This document shows positions 24,931 to 36,886 of a DNA stretch of 64,000 bases, one piece after another. Location of the stretch: contig SMSO01000033.1 in NCBI GenBank assembly GCA_004764695.1, positions 2,294,001 to 2,358,000 of the forward strand, read 5' to 3'. The notes below the pieces were generated by a model. That model was not told where the DNA came from and made no database searches. It worked only from the letters and a program-made list of their open reading frames with translations. The stretch's first letter is position 1, and each line of letters begins with the position of its first letter. Origin of the DNA: Schizochytrium sp. TIO01. Taxonomy: Eukaryota > Protista > Bigyra: Labyrinthulomycetes. Position numbers and translations under genes: made by a program.

Positions 24931-26061
24931 TTAGATAGATGCCCGACGTGACTCTTTGCTGTTGTTGAGCTTGCTAGAGACTTTGAGAGGCACCTTGGTA
25001 GATTGAGAGCTTGCATAAGTATTGTTATTGCAGTGCTCCAAAGGTTTGCGAAGTTGGTGCTGCATGGGTGGTGGTTGTTGATATTCGCTTGATGTAGAGC
25101 ATGTCGAGTAGACAGACTTGCTCGCAATACGAGGGTTTTCTTCTTCAGATGAAAAGCAATCGTATTCAGAGTTGGGGAAGAACATTGACGAGATCTGCGA
25201 GCTTCTACTACTCATGGTGTGAAATTCAAGAAAGTAAGTTGGATGGTTAGACGCAACAGACTCGTACTCGCTTTCTACAGTGCAAAAGACTTCAGTGTTG
25301 CGCTCAGCCAAAATTTTATTCACCTCGGAAATGTACGGAATGACCTTGTTCTCGACACGCTTACGCGTCTTACTAGGGGGGCGCAGCATCGGAGGGATAA
25401 TCCTAGATGAATAACGACGGCGGCTTTCATGAATGATTTCCTTGAAAAACCCGCGTCCGATATGGTCGATGGTTTCCTGGGAAACAGTGGATCTCGCACG
25501 CATAGTGATTTGACTGATGATGACACGCTCACGTCTTGGGCTCTGTGGCGCAGAAATGGTGGAGCCTGCGCTACTGCCTCTTGAGTGAATAGAGCACTTA
25601 TTTGCGCACTTGCGTAGAAAGCTTTGGGTCTTGGGAGCCTCAATGTTTTCTTCTTCACTCAAGAGATCATATTCACCGTTTTCCCTGGACATAGATGTTG
25701 AAGTCAAGGTGCGCGTATGTTTGTGGTTATGTGAGATGGGTAAACATGTTGCGTGCTGAGATGACGCAAAGTCTGAGTCGCCAACTGAGGAGGCTGAAGT
25801 ACTGGATGAATCGTTTGACTCTGCCCGGAATCGGTCCACTTCTTTCAAGGCTTGTACAGGCCAGAACTTTGGCTCGTAGATATTGCTGTTCTCCGATGAA
25901 GATGGGATTTGCAGGCTGCTGAGCTTAGACCTTGGTTTCTGCTCGCAATTTTTGACGTAGCCCATATCCACTGACTTCGACTTTTGCGGCAGGTGAGCCA
26001 AGTAGCTTTGTGTGCTGCTTTCTCTCGCCCCGAGTTTAGGTGTTGATTTGCTTTCTTGCAT
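24931..26061 (-). CDS. Hypothetical Ser-rich protein
   Basis: 376-aa ATG-initiated ORF; no family recognised. Confidence 0.7.
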   Translation of the reverse strand: MQESKSTPKLGARESSTQSYLAHLPQKSKSVDMGYVKNCEQKPRSKLSSLQIPSSSENSNIYEPKFWPVQALKEVDRFRAESNDSSSTSASSVGDSDFASSQHATCLPISHNHKHTRTLTSTSMSRENGEYDLLSEEENIEAPKTQSFLRKCANKCSIHSRGSSAGSTISAPQSPRRERVIISQITMRARSTVSQETIDHIGRGFFKEIIHESRRRYSSRIIPPMLRPPSKTRKRVENKVIPYISEVNKILAERNTEVFCTVESEYESVASNHPTYFLEFHTMSSRSSQISSMFFPNSEYDCFSSEEENPRIASKSVYSTCSTSSEYQQPPPMQHQLRKPLEHCNNNTYASSQSTKVPLKVSSKLNNSKESRRASI

Positions 26062-28484
26062 TGTGTATTTCGTTGTGTAGTTAGGAGGGAAACTCCCCCT
26101 TATGCTTTTGTCCTTCTCCTTTCGCTATTGCTGAAGTTAAGTTGGTTTCGTTCTTGCTCAGCTGCAAGTCCGGCGTTGACTTCTCCTTATTGGGAAGGAG
26201 TTCTTATCTTTGTTGGTATCTATATATCTATATATATATGATATTGTGTAGGCAGGCTAGTTTTCGAAATGCTTCAAGCCAAGTCCAATCTCGTCTGGAA
26301 TTTGCTATATGATTCCCCTAGACCGCTCGCCTGCACGTCCGATTCGATTCTGCGTCTGCAGCAAATGTGAGCGTTCCTGCCAAGATGAGATCGAATTAGC
26401 ACTGCTTGGATCCAAACAGTAGCCACGTACTCAATGAGTCACTATCGATACCCAGCAGATGGGGTGGGTCGGCTGCTCCTCAGGTGTTCCCTAACGTCAA
26501 TCTACCTGGTCCTTCGCTCAGAAATGCGTTACAGCGGCCGTGCTTCTCTGTGTCAATTCCTCTGCACAACAATCCAGCCACAGCGAGCAACGCTCCCTAT
26601 CTATCTCTATGTCTTCAATCGATCTCGTGAATTTCGCTTTCGCAAGGCAATTCAATTCGTGGTTTGCTTTCCGAGTCGTTGATCGATCTCGCACTCACGA
26701 TCAATGATGATGCTGCAAATTGTGAGTGAACGAATTGATTTGGTAATTCATCGAGTGAGTATTTTCTTTCTTTAATTACAAAAAAAAAGAAAAAAGAAAA
26801 AAAGAAAAAAAGTCATATCGTCTCTCTCTTTCTTCCACTCTTTTTTTCAACTGAGGAAAATACTATTTTCCAAAGTTAAAGCCAACATATAGTCTGAATG
26901 TGGATTGGCGTCTGAGTACTTACGTCCCTAAAAGCACCAGCCAAGGAGCAGTCTGTCTGTCTGTCTGCCTGCCGTTGCAATGTAGGCTATTTCCCTTTGC
27001 CAGTCACCTTTCTTCAATTGAGAAGAGAGCGTGACCAATCGATTTGAGACGCCTTCTTCTCTATTCCTTTCCTTTTGCTCTTTTCTCCGCCTTTTTCTCA
27101 CCTCTTCCTTATTCCATATTTGTTTTTCTTTCTTTCTTCTCAAGAGACGCGAAAACAACGAATCAGTCATCCGACTTTCTTTCTCTCTCTTCTTTCAGGT
27201 AAGTTATGTTTCAAAATCACTCTCTTTCTTACTTCTCTTTCTTTTTTTTCTTTTTTCTTTTCGTATTTAATTGAAAGAACAAGTACATAGTAGGAACTTT
27301 CAAAGAAAGCGCGAACTGAAAAAGACAGAAATCGATGGACAGAAAGACAGAAACACACGAAGTAAGAGAAAAAATTGATTTCCAGGCCAACACGCGTCCG
27401 CCTCCTTTTCACCCCAGTGCCGTCTTCCTCCCATCAAAAGACTTTTCACCCTTCCTGCCCACTGACCAAACCTAACCTACATACTCACAAGCTTCTTCAG
27501 TGTACTTGCCCTCAAATTTAAGTTTGTGAACTGTCACTGAGGAGACTCAAGCACTGTGTATATCTGCTCAAGTATGCCAGAGGCAGCTTGGTGGAGGCAG
27601 GGCAAAGTTAGCCCCAGTAGGGAGGATCAGGAGAACCGAAACCCATTCACTGAGCGGTGATCTGAATCCCTGCTTATACTTGTATGTAAGTGCTGGCAGC
27701 ACGAAGGCCTCCTATGTCTCCCCTTCGTGATACGAGAACTACGGAGGGCTTCTTCTGACGCAAGAGCATCAATGAAAGCCCCGTCCTCTCCAGACGGAGA
27801 CGGCGCAGGCCCAGAGAACGGAGGGCGTGGAAGCGCCGAACAGCTCTCGCAGAGGCTGGAAAACCATATGTGGAGCCGAGGTCGCGGCCATAAGCCCGAA
27901 TTCCAGCGACAGCCCGAGCGAGGAAACTTGAGGTTGGTTAGCTTATGGCCGTTCTTTTTCCAGTTTTCACAGTTCTTTTTTTCTTTTTTTCTTTCTTTCT
28001 TTCTTTCTTTTAATTATTATCATTTTATTTATCGAGACTAGAAATATAAAAGGTTGCGTTGGTTATGGATCTGTCTGTTTCAAGAGGAAGCGCTGCTGCT
28101 GTGCCTTCCTCAGTCTCGCTTTTCAGAGGCAGCTTTGGGCTCTAGGGAAAGAAAGCCAATACCTAAGGCTGTTCTGCCCTGCGTTGGCCAGCAGGAGCCG
28201 CGCAGAGTTCATTGCAGCGAAGCTTCGTGGAGCATTTTGGAGAGAAGAGATGACCTATCTCCTTGGATTTCCACCAACTTCTTTCTCCGTTTGGTACCGT
28301 AGGAACTTTTGGGGGTTTTGTTTAGATTTTGAATTTTAAAATTGTGAAAAAGAAAGAAGTATCCATTCGTTGTTCGTTCTTCTTCAATCTCTGGAAGCGA
28401 GGGCCTAAGAACGCAGCTAGGCACTACGCTACCAGAGGTGAACAGTTCTTCTTCTTTGAAGGAACGAAGAAGCAAGCGGCAGGC

Positions 28485-28616
28485 CTTTGAAAATTTGAAA
28501 TCTTTGAAAATTTGAAATCTTTGAAAATTTGAAATCGTTGAAATTTGAAATCGTTGAAATTTGAAATCGTTGAAAATTTGAAATCGTGAAAATTTGAAAT
28601 CGTGAAAATTTGAAAT
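28485..28616. repeat. 16-17 bp minisatellite, 8 copies of CTTTGAAAATTTGAAAT and variants
   Basis: Units delimited directly at 28485, 28502, 28519, 28536, 28552, 28568, 28585 and 28601. Confidence 0.95.
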
Positions 28617-28882
28617 CAGGAATGAAATCGCCGCGCGAATTCCTCATTCTTCGAGTCCTTCTCTCGCGAGGATTTGCTCAGGTTCCTCGAGGCCGGCAGC
28701 AGAAGCGCTCCCTCGCGCCTCGGCCTGGAGCTCGCGGAGGACCGCCGCCTGGGTTCCCGACCTCTCCACAGCCCGCTCCCCGCACTCGAAAGGCAGAGAG
28801 AGTCCACTTTGGCTCTCGCTCCGCTCGTCTCGCTTGCGCAGAGAAGAAGTCGGCGGCGGCCACGCTGCTCGTGGAAACTGGG

Positions 28883-30188
28883 ATGGAGACCGGGTAGACG
28901 TTCAGGTACCTGGAGCGTGGCCAGCTCCAGCTCGCTCGCGTGGAGAGCAGCCACGGCACGGCTGAGACCAAGAAAGTGGACGCAGGATTTAACTTAAGGC
29001 TACCCTCGTCGTGAACGGCAGCGAAATCGACCTGGACAAAGCCACGCAGCCGGAAGAAGAAGAATTCGACGAAGACGAAGACAAAGACGAAGGAGGAGGA
29101 GTTGACGCTGGGCCTGGACACGAACCTGGAGACGGAGATGAACGTCGATGCGGCGGTGGCGTAGGTAGCTTCAGGGAGAGCCTCGAAGGCAGAAGAGGGC
29201 TTACAGGGATGGGCCTCTCGCTCCAGGGGTTACGAAGGGACTGAAGTGCTCGAGAAGGCCATTGCGGTGGTTCCCGTTTTTGAGGGGCTGGCAGACTTGC
29301 CCGTGAGCGACTCGCTGGCCTGAAATCTTGCACGAAGGGCGACATTTACACGGAAGCCGCCGGCAGGGACCGCGGGCGGCTCGCAAGGCGCTGCGAAGCT
29401 CGCGGGGCCAAATGAGGGTTGCAGCGAATCTGTGTCCCACATACATCTTAGGCGAAGACAGCGCATGGCCTTGCGAAGCTCGAGCAGGAACCAGCGAGCA
29501 AAAGGTTTGACAGACCTAAGGGCGGTCCCCGTCGACACCTGCGAGAATGGCCAAATCGACGGTCAGAACGGAAGATCGAGGTCTTCGGGTGGGTTCCAAA
29601 GCCACCCGCCAGCACGTTCTGCAGGCGGAGAACCGGGCTGACAGTAATGTGATGGCGTCCGAGGCTTCGAAATATATCCGTCCAGCCGCTCTGGTGCATG
29701 CCATGGGCTTGCCAGCAGCAGCAGCAGCAGCCCTCCCTCCATGATCCCAGCCAGGATAAGTCCGCCGGATGGCGCCGCGGTGCTTTACGAGATGGCTGGT
29801 GCTCTCCAAGGGCATATCAGTCCCGCCGTTCGAAGAAGCTCGCGAAATCCCCGTCGCAGATTTGGCAGCGCCTGCAAACTCGCCAACGCGTGCCGCGACA
29901 GAGCGCTTTGGAGTTGAAATTGCCGAATTTTAATCTCGAGGACCGCGGTCAAGCCCAGATCTCCTCGAGATCTACGAATGCGCCGTGCATTGCAGAACGC
30001 TGGGATTCGAGGAGATGGCCACCGCGCCGCAGGGCCTCAGAGGAGGACTGTGTCTTGAGGCTGTGTCCGTGCGACACGTTCGTGTCCAACGAGCTTCACA
30101 GGCGGTCATAGCTCGCGAGCTGGCCAGCGTCGAGGTCAACGATTGTGTCAGACTGACACTGTGTGACAAACACATCGAAGCATCGTAA
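28883..30188 (+). pseudogene. GC-rich decayed coding-like sequence of unknown family
   Basis: Protein-like pieces broken by stops and frameshifts: METG*TFRYLERGQLQLARV, NGSEIDLDKATQPEEEEFDEDED, EVLEKAIAVVPVFEGL, QAVIARELASVEVNDCVRLTL. Confidence 0.45.
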
Positions 30189-31263
30189 GACACAGCGCCA
30201 CTAGTACGGCGGAAGAGAACGCGGAAGAGAACGCCGCTTGACACACCGAGGAGAGAAGAAAGGAAGGCGGAGAAAAGAACGGCTAGGGGCTGGAGCTGCG
30301 GAGAAAAGAAGAACGCGGAGAAAAGGAACGCCAGAACGGAACGTGCGGAAGAACAGAATGGACGACTGAAAAAGGAGAAATTCAACTCAACGAGGTGTAG
30401 AAATTGAAGAGGGAAACAAAAAACAAAAAACAAAAAATCGTTCAAGCTGTTTAGAAGTGCCTACCTTGGTACTTTATACTATAGGAGTGGGTAGTTGAAG
30501 GGAGAAAAAAAAATCAATATGGAGAACTTTTTCCACTTTTCATTTGTTTTAATATATCAAATGCTATGTTCAAGTAAGACACTAGATAGAGGAAATAGAA
30601 GGGAAGAAAGTGTTTTTTGTTTTTTTTTCAATGAACAAACTTTGAACTTGGAAAAAAAAAAATAAAAAGAATAACTTTGAAATCGATTGATTGACCGCAA
30701 ATGAAATCGAGAACTCAAGTTCAAGATGTTTGTTCAATCAAGCTTGCCATCTTCACAATGCAATGCAATCCAATGCAATCCAATCCGTGAAAATACTAGG
30801 CAGCCCGGTTGCCTCAATAAACTCCTCGCAGTGCTGCACCAGCGAAGGTGGCCCGTGCATGGAGCCTGCCTGGGAGGAGATTCGCTGAGTGCGGGATGCT
30901 CTCCAGCAGAAGAACAATTAAACAAGGGGGGAAAAGACGGTTGGCCGCGGTTCATACTTAGATTGTACATGGACCTCCGAAATGCGGACCCCCAGGACAA
31001 CGAGGCGTTGAGAGATTTAGTGGTCAGTTTATAGAGCGATGATACTATCGCGTGGCAAGGGCAAGGAATGCAGCGTAAGTGCTGCGGTCTGAGAGTACAT
31101 GGCATGGCCAGAGACAGGTGCACTGGAAATCGAATGCCTTTACGCACTGGGTCGAGGCAGCGGGCATATTTTCTTCAAGACAAAGACAAATGAGATGAAC
31201 TCAGAACGAACGTGTGTGCGCATCGTAAAGAGTGACCAATTGTGGATAGACACCCCCTTTTCG

Positions 31264-31406
31264 ATACATACATACATACATACATACATACATACATACA
31301 TACATACATACATACATACATACATACATACATACATACATACATACATACATACATACATACATACATACATACATACATACATACATACATACATACA
31401 TACATA
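31264..31406. repeat. (ACAT)n microsatellite, about 35 perfect copies
   Basis: Direct reading. Confidence 0.97.
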
Positions 31407-34321
31407 GATAAACACATGGGCAAAACTTGTGTAGCGACTCACCTATGGCCCGTGCCCAGAGTAGGCCAATCCTCGCCAGCACGAGCACGGGCGCGCCAGA
31501 GGGAGAGCGGGAGCAGAGCTGGCAAATTCACCCAACTAACTCTTGCGACGCCTTTACATCTCTTGAACGGAACAAATGAAAGTTCAATTTGCACAGGTTA
31601 GCTTCGCTGTTGTGGAATGATTAGTTAGAGTGACCTGGTAGCCTTCTGGTTCTTAAGATTGCTGATGTTCCTTCAAATTTCGACCTTGGGTACCGCCGCT
31701 GCCACCGACTTGAGTTCCTGCAATTAGGCTGTGCTGACGCGACTTCTTCCCAACATGCTTCCTGCCATCACTCAAGTTCCGCTAGCCACTCATTCAACCA
31801 CCGTCAGTGCGGGCGGTTGCAACGACTTCGAAGTTCGTGAAGAGTGCTTTTCGTAGGCGATGTTGAGAACACTAAGAGAGATCGAACTTTACCTGAAAAC
31901 TGCTGGATGTGCTTTGCAGCGTGGCGAGCCACACATGTTACCTGAGCAGCATTCATTTCCTCAGGGCACCTTCCTTGGAATGCTTTGTAGATACTGTGCA
32001 TAAGCCACACAGCCACACCGCATCAGGCAAGCAAGGGCGATATCAGCGCGAAACTTGAGAATCTGTGCGGGTATGCAGAGCTGATAAGCAGTGAAGCAGC
32101 ATAGTTGTAGCAGGAGACTTTGGCCTGTTCCACGTGTGAGGAGCGCAAGTCCCCATTAGGAGCGGTTCTCGGCGAGCCGCGTCCCTTTAAGCTGCAAGAC
32201 AGTCCGCCTGCTACCAACCACAAACAGACGCCCGAAGGTTTATTAGAATCGATCACGCTCCTGAGTAGGCGCGTGATGGCTATAACTTCGTGCTGTCGCT
32301 CGACATGGGGCACTCGCGAAGCGCAACAAGAAAAATGGATTCGTGGACCTCCATCTTGGTATGCGTTACGCTTACTGAGTCACCCTATAAAAGTGCGATC
32401 ATATAGCACTTACATAACATAAACTATAGGACAATAGTGAAAAAGAGCGAGCAGGAAGCTGCCGCTATCGAATATATAAATATTTTTTTGCATATTTTTT
32501 CCTTTTAGAAGAAGGCTTGAAATCGAACTTTTAAGGTCTGAGCCTTTTTTTATTCGTTTGTTTTCTTATGTATGGAAGTGATAGCTCTGCGTGAAGCTTG
32601 AGATGGGCTTGCCAAAGCGGTGGTTGCTATCACGGAGCACGAGCTCTCTGGGCTTCGCTAGGTGGAAATTCAATTCTTGGCTGGAATGCCCTGGGAAAAC
32701 AAAATGTATAGAAGCGTTCAGGGAAGGAAAGACACGACCTGCCTCGCTTTTGTTTTTAAAAAAAATTAAAGCGATGGTTCGCATTTTGTGAGGTGTTCGC
32801 TACGCTGGGGAAATGTTTTGCAGAGTTGTGCAAGCAGCGTCCTTTTTAGTGATTGTGAGCGAGCGGCCGCATGCCTGGGGCAAGAATCCACTTTTTCTTC
32901 GCATGCACATCCAAATTGGAGGCTTGATTGTCCAACAAAAAATAAAAAACAAGATTATATAAAGCACAGGCCGCGCGTTTTTTCGAGAGCGTCTTTCTTT
33001 CATAGACTAATGTTTTCGTAGAAATATTGCTGAAGATGAAGTTTTCATGAGCTGCTTCACTTGATTCTAGGTATTGGTTTCGTGATTGCGCACAAAGAGT
33101 CCCAGCAAACGAGCCTACAAGTAGGTACCTGCCAGGCCATTGAGGGCTCACTCAGATTATTGAACGTAAACAATCAACTCAAAATGGAGCCCCAAGCCAA
33201 CTACTCTTTGAGTATCCCAGAAGTCCACAAGCACCAATCGAATCTAAATGAGCACGCGGTGCAGTGGTGCATGCCAAGACGCCGCCTGCTAATCAGCACC
33301 CATAAGCGTTTGAGCATTCCTGGTTAGCCCAGTCGCAAGAGTTGATTGGATGAAAGAAAACTATAAGAATAGGAAGGGTTCAAGGTAGAATCCGTCTTTC
33401 AAGCCGTACAATTGCAGCTGATCTGCACAGCTTACGTAGCTAGTAGCATGAACCCAAACGTTGAAATACTTTCCAGGAACGATGCCTCAGCTAGGCCTCT
33501 GCCAGTCACATCAGCCACAGATGTAATGCATCGCATTTGTCCTCAACACGCGCGCCCCAAGACCCATGTAGCGTTCTCGCTCCCGCGAACCTCTAATAGA
33601 TCTCTCGTGCATACAAATCACAGAAAAACACACCGTGCCTCTCTGGGCCCTTGATCACCCAAGAAGAAGGATTCTCAAAAGACGTTGAAAGGATGCAATT
33701 GCGAAGACCGCAAGGACCACAATAGATACGAAATCAGCCTCTCAAGGCTATCCCTATCAATCTTTTCACTCGAATTGAGAACTCAAGTCGCAACACGGCA
33801 TGTTTCTCACTGCGATAGCGACAGACACTACCCATCAGGATGCTTTAACTTGAGTCTATACCCAAGCTAAAGAATCAACAGGAGCAGCCTTTCACGAGTC
33901 GTGAGAGTTGTCATGTCTGAGCAATGTGAAATTTGCGATAGTAGCTACTAGTACCTATTAGGCGTAATAAGTAAGCATTAGCTACATAGAAACAAGGCAC
34001 AAGAGAGGGCAGTAAGGGCGAGCCGGTAAGAGGCCAAATTCAAAGACAATTTTCTCGCAACAGAAACTAGCAAATGGAAGAGCAGATAAGGGCTCATAAA
34101 GTGACTTAAGGTGTCCGTTGGCGGCGCGGGAATAACCGCGATGCGAGTTTCAAGAGCGGCCGTAGCAAGCAAGTGAGGCTTCATAACTTTGAGATCTGAG
34201 TTATTCTCGGGATCGAAAATCGCTGGTTCTAGCAGCAAAATCCAAGGAACGCCTCACGGCCGGGAGTGCTGCGGCACGCAGGCGGCTTTGCGAAGAGATC
34301 ACTTGGCGGAGATCTTCGAAG

Positions 34322-36475
34322 ATGGATGCAACCGCTGGGCCTGATGAAACGGACTCTAACCAGGGTGAAGATATCATGACAGCTGAAGAGCATGTCCAAG
34401 CGACTACGGTGGCAACACCTGAAGAGAATGCAAGGCCAGCTTCGGCAGCGACGACACTGTCAAGATCGAGCTCGAAACGCACAGTGAGGACGAGAAAAGC
34501 ATCGTCATCAGCTGCTAAAGAATCTGTTCTTGTTAATGTTAGCAACTGTAAGTACGAGGTTGTGCGTCAAGTTGCAAAGAGCTTAAACTGGAAGCTCGAG
34601 GAAGAAGAAGACGAATACGATGCTATGGTTGCGGATATGGCCGCTACCAACGTTGCAAACGGTGCTGGGAATACCAAACAGTTTCTCATCCATAAATATT
34701 CTAAACCCCGCACCAAAGAACAATGGAACCTGTACTGGACAGACACCAGCGTAAGCTCTCAGCGAGCAATGCGTCTGGAGCGCTTCCAAAGACTTAATCA
34801 CTTTCCTGGAATGTATCATTTAGCAAGGAAAGGTGGCTTGGGAAAACACCTTACGCAACTTGCCAAACTCTTTCCTTCAGACTTTGGATTTTTTCCGCGA
34901 ACTTGGGTTTTGCCACAACAGTGGTCAGAATTCAAGGAACGCGTTGAATCTGGAAAGGGAAATCGTACGTTTATTGTGAAACCGGACGCATCGTGCCAAG
35001 GAAAAGGTATTTTTCTCACTCGAACATGGGAGAACGTTAGTCCCACCGAAAGTCTTGTCGCGCAACGATATTTGCATAAACCTTTACTAATCGAAGGTTA
35101 CAAATTTGACATGCGTATTTATATTATTGTCACAAGCGTTGACCCACTGCGAATGTTCCTCTTTGAAGATGGTCTTGTTCGAATTTGTACGCAAAAGTAC
35201 GTGGAGCCTCGTCCACGTAATCTTAATTCAACCTGCATGCATCTTACTAATTACGCCATCAATAAGGACAGCTCTAATTTCGTCTTCAACAAAGCCAGTA
35301 CTGACCCTGGCTTGGGTAACAAACGCAGCTTAAAGTGGTTTTGGACCTGGTTTGCAGGCCAATATGGCGAAGAAGCAAAATCAAGTTTCAAAGCCAGCAT
35401 GTGCGATATGCTTATTAAGTCACTCATCTCGGTGCTACCGCAGTTGCAACACACATACCGTACATGCGTTAAACACCCTGGTCCATCGAACTGCTTTGAG
35501 ATATTGGGCTTTGACGTCCTTGTTGATCGTAAACTCAAACCTTGGCTAATCGAGGTTAACCATTCCCCAAGCTTTTCATGCGACTCCCCACTTGATCTTG
35601 ATATCAAGTCTCGATTGATCGAACGAGCTATGCGTCTCATTGGCGTAGCTGCCTCAGATAAACGGAAAACTCGTCAAAAACTGAAACAAGATGCTCAATC
35701 TAGACTGTACGGCCTCAAATCCCAAAAGAAGACGACGAAGCCGAAATCACTCACAGGCCCAGAAAGCAATGACATACAAGATTCCGCCTCTGTTGCATCG
35801 TCTTCATCTTCAGCAACTGGGTCAGAGTCAGTTTCTTCGTCCTCGCGAAGGCTTAAACCAGGTCGACAACAACTTGATAAAGCCAAACAATTAAATCTTG
35901 AAGTTCGAAAGCGTGAGCGAATTGAAGCTAAACAGTGCGAGGACGGCGAGCTTACCCGGATTTATCCACCTGCATCAGATGATCTGCTTGAGTATTACCA
36001 ACCGTATATTAGCGCTGCTGACCGTCTGTTTTCACGCGCAAGCGGAGCAGACCAGGCAGGGAAAGCCGGGGGCTTATCTTCGTCAAGAGCAAGGCCCCTT
36101 TCAGCACGAACAAAGCTGCTAAGAAAGGCTCAGGCATGTGGAGTGCCTGTCCGTGGCGGCGGTGGCAACCAAATCGAGCCAATGCCTAATTCTGATCTTC
36201 CTAAAGAACGACGACTCGAGGATCAAACCTCTTCTAGCCTTGTTGGACCTAATAAACGCGTTCCGTCATCAATGTCAATGACCCGTACCCAGGCCCCAAA
36301 ACCAATGTCTGTTTCACAGCGTATCTCCATAGATCTTGAAAAATACCGTAACCGTGGAATGCAACGCAAATCAGCATTTAATGCCTATCTTCGACCTCGT
36401 CAGGTCCAACCGACCCAGCCATCATATCTTAATATGGATCTTTCGAAATTAGAAGAGCACTATTCCTTTAGCTAA
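34322..36475 (+). CDS. TTLL6: Tubulin polyglutamylase, TTLL6/TTLL13 subfamily
   Basis: QRLNHFPGM, FFPRTWVLP, IVKPDASCQGKGI, KFDMRIY, MHLTNYAINK, CFEILGFDVL...PWLIEVNHSPSF. Confidence 0.93.
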   Translation: MDATAGPDETDSNQGEDIMTAEEHVQATTVATPEENARPASAATTLSRSSSKRTVRTRKASSSAAKESVLVNVSNCKYEVVRQVAKSLNWKLEEEEDEYDAMVADMAATNVANGAGNTKQFLIHKYSKPRTKEQWNLYWTDTSVSSQRAMRLERFQRLNHFPGMYHLARKGGLGKHLTQLAKLFPSDFGFFPRTWVLPQQWSEFKERVESGKGNRTFIVKPDASCQGKGIFLTRTWENVSPTESLVAQRYLHKPLLIEGYKFDMRIYIIVTSVDPLRMFLFEDGLVRICTQKYVEPRPRNLNSTCMHLTNYAINKDSSNFVFNKASTDPGLGNKRSLKWFWTWFAGQYGEEAKSSFKASMCDMLIKSLISVLPQLQHTYRTCVKHPGPSNCFEILGFDVLVDRKLKPWLIEVNHSPSFSCDSPLDLDIKSRLIERAMRLIGVAASDKRKTRQKLKQDAQSRLYGLKSQKKTTKPKSLTGPESNDIQDSASVASSSSSATGSESVSSSSRRLKPGRQQLDKAKQLNLEVRKRERIEAKQCEDGELTRIYPPASDDLLEYYQPYISAADRLFSRASGADQAGKAGGLSSSRARPLSARTKLLRKAQACGVPVRGGGGNQIEPMPNSDLPKERRLEDQTSSSLVGPNKRVPSSMSMTRTQAPKPMSVSQRISIDLEKYRNRGMQRKSAFNAYLRPRQVQPTQPSYLNMDLSKLEEHYSFS

Positions 36476-36886
36476 AGAATGTGTCAAGCTGAAGTTCTCT
36501 TTCCTTTTTTAGTCACGTTTTTTATTGTTATCACTATATTATTTTGCAAAAACGATTTTTTTCCTGCAGTTTAATGTGTTTTAGAATGTTTACTAATTTC
36601 CAACTCGTTCGCACATCCATTGTTTGAATTATTGGAAGGTCATCTTTGCATCTTGAAAATCCACACTTAACAAAATAATGCATAAAAAAGAAGGAATAAA
36701 AAATTGATGAGTATGTAAACTCTATAAAACGAACGAAGTACCTACTCTTCTCTATATTTTGTAGATCTAGGTGATAAATGAAATAGGGGTTTGTGAGAAA
36801 TTTTTGAAAAGCAACTTGAGCACACGCCATCTTTTAATTTCTTGAATTTAAGAGCACGAGCCGCGTATCGTGTATGGTAGTCTTTC

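Noticed and set aside
28485-28616. TTGAAAT-ending repeats resembling CRISPR repeats
   Set aside because: Units are contiguous with no spacers, there are no cas genes, and the context is eukaryotic.
31099-31601. ORFs with HTYI/MYVC runs, and similar FIHS, LLTY and QLL ORFs at 1-11 kb
   Set aside because: Translations of stop-free simple repeats.
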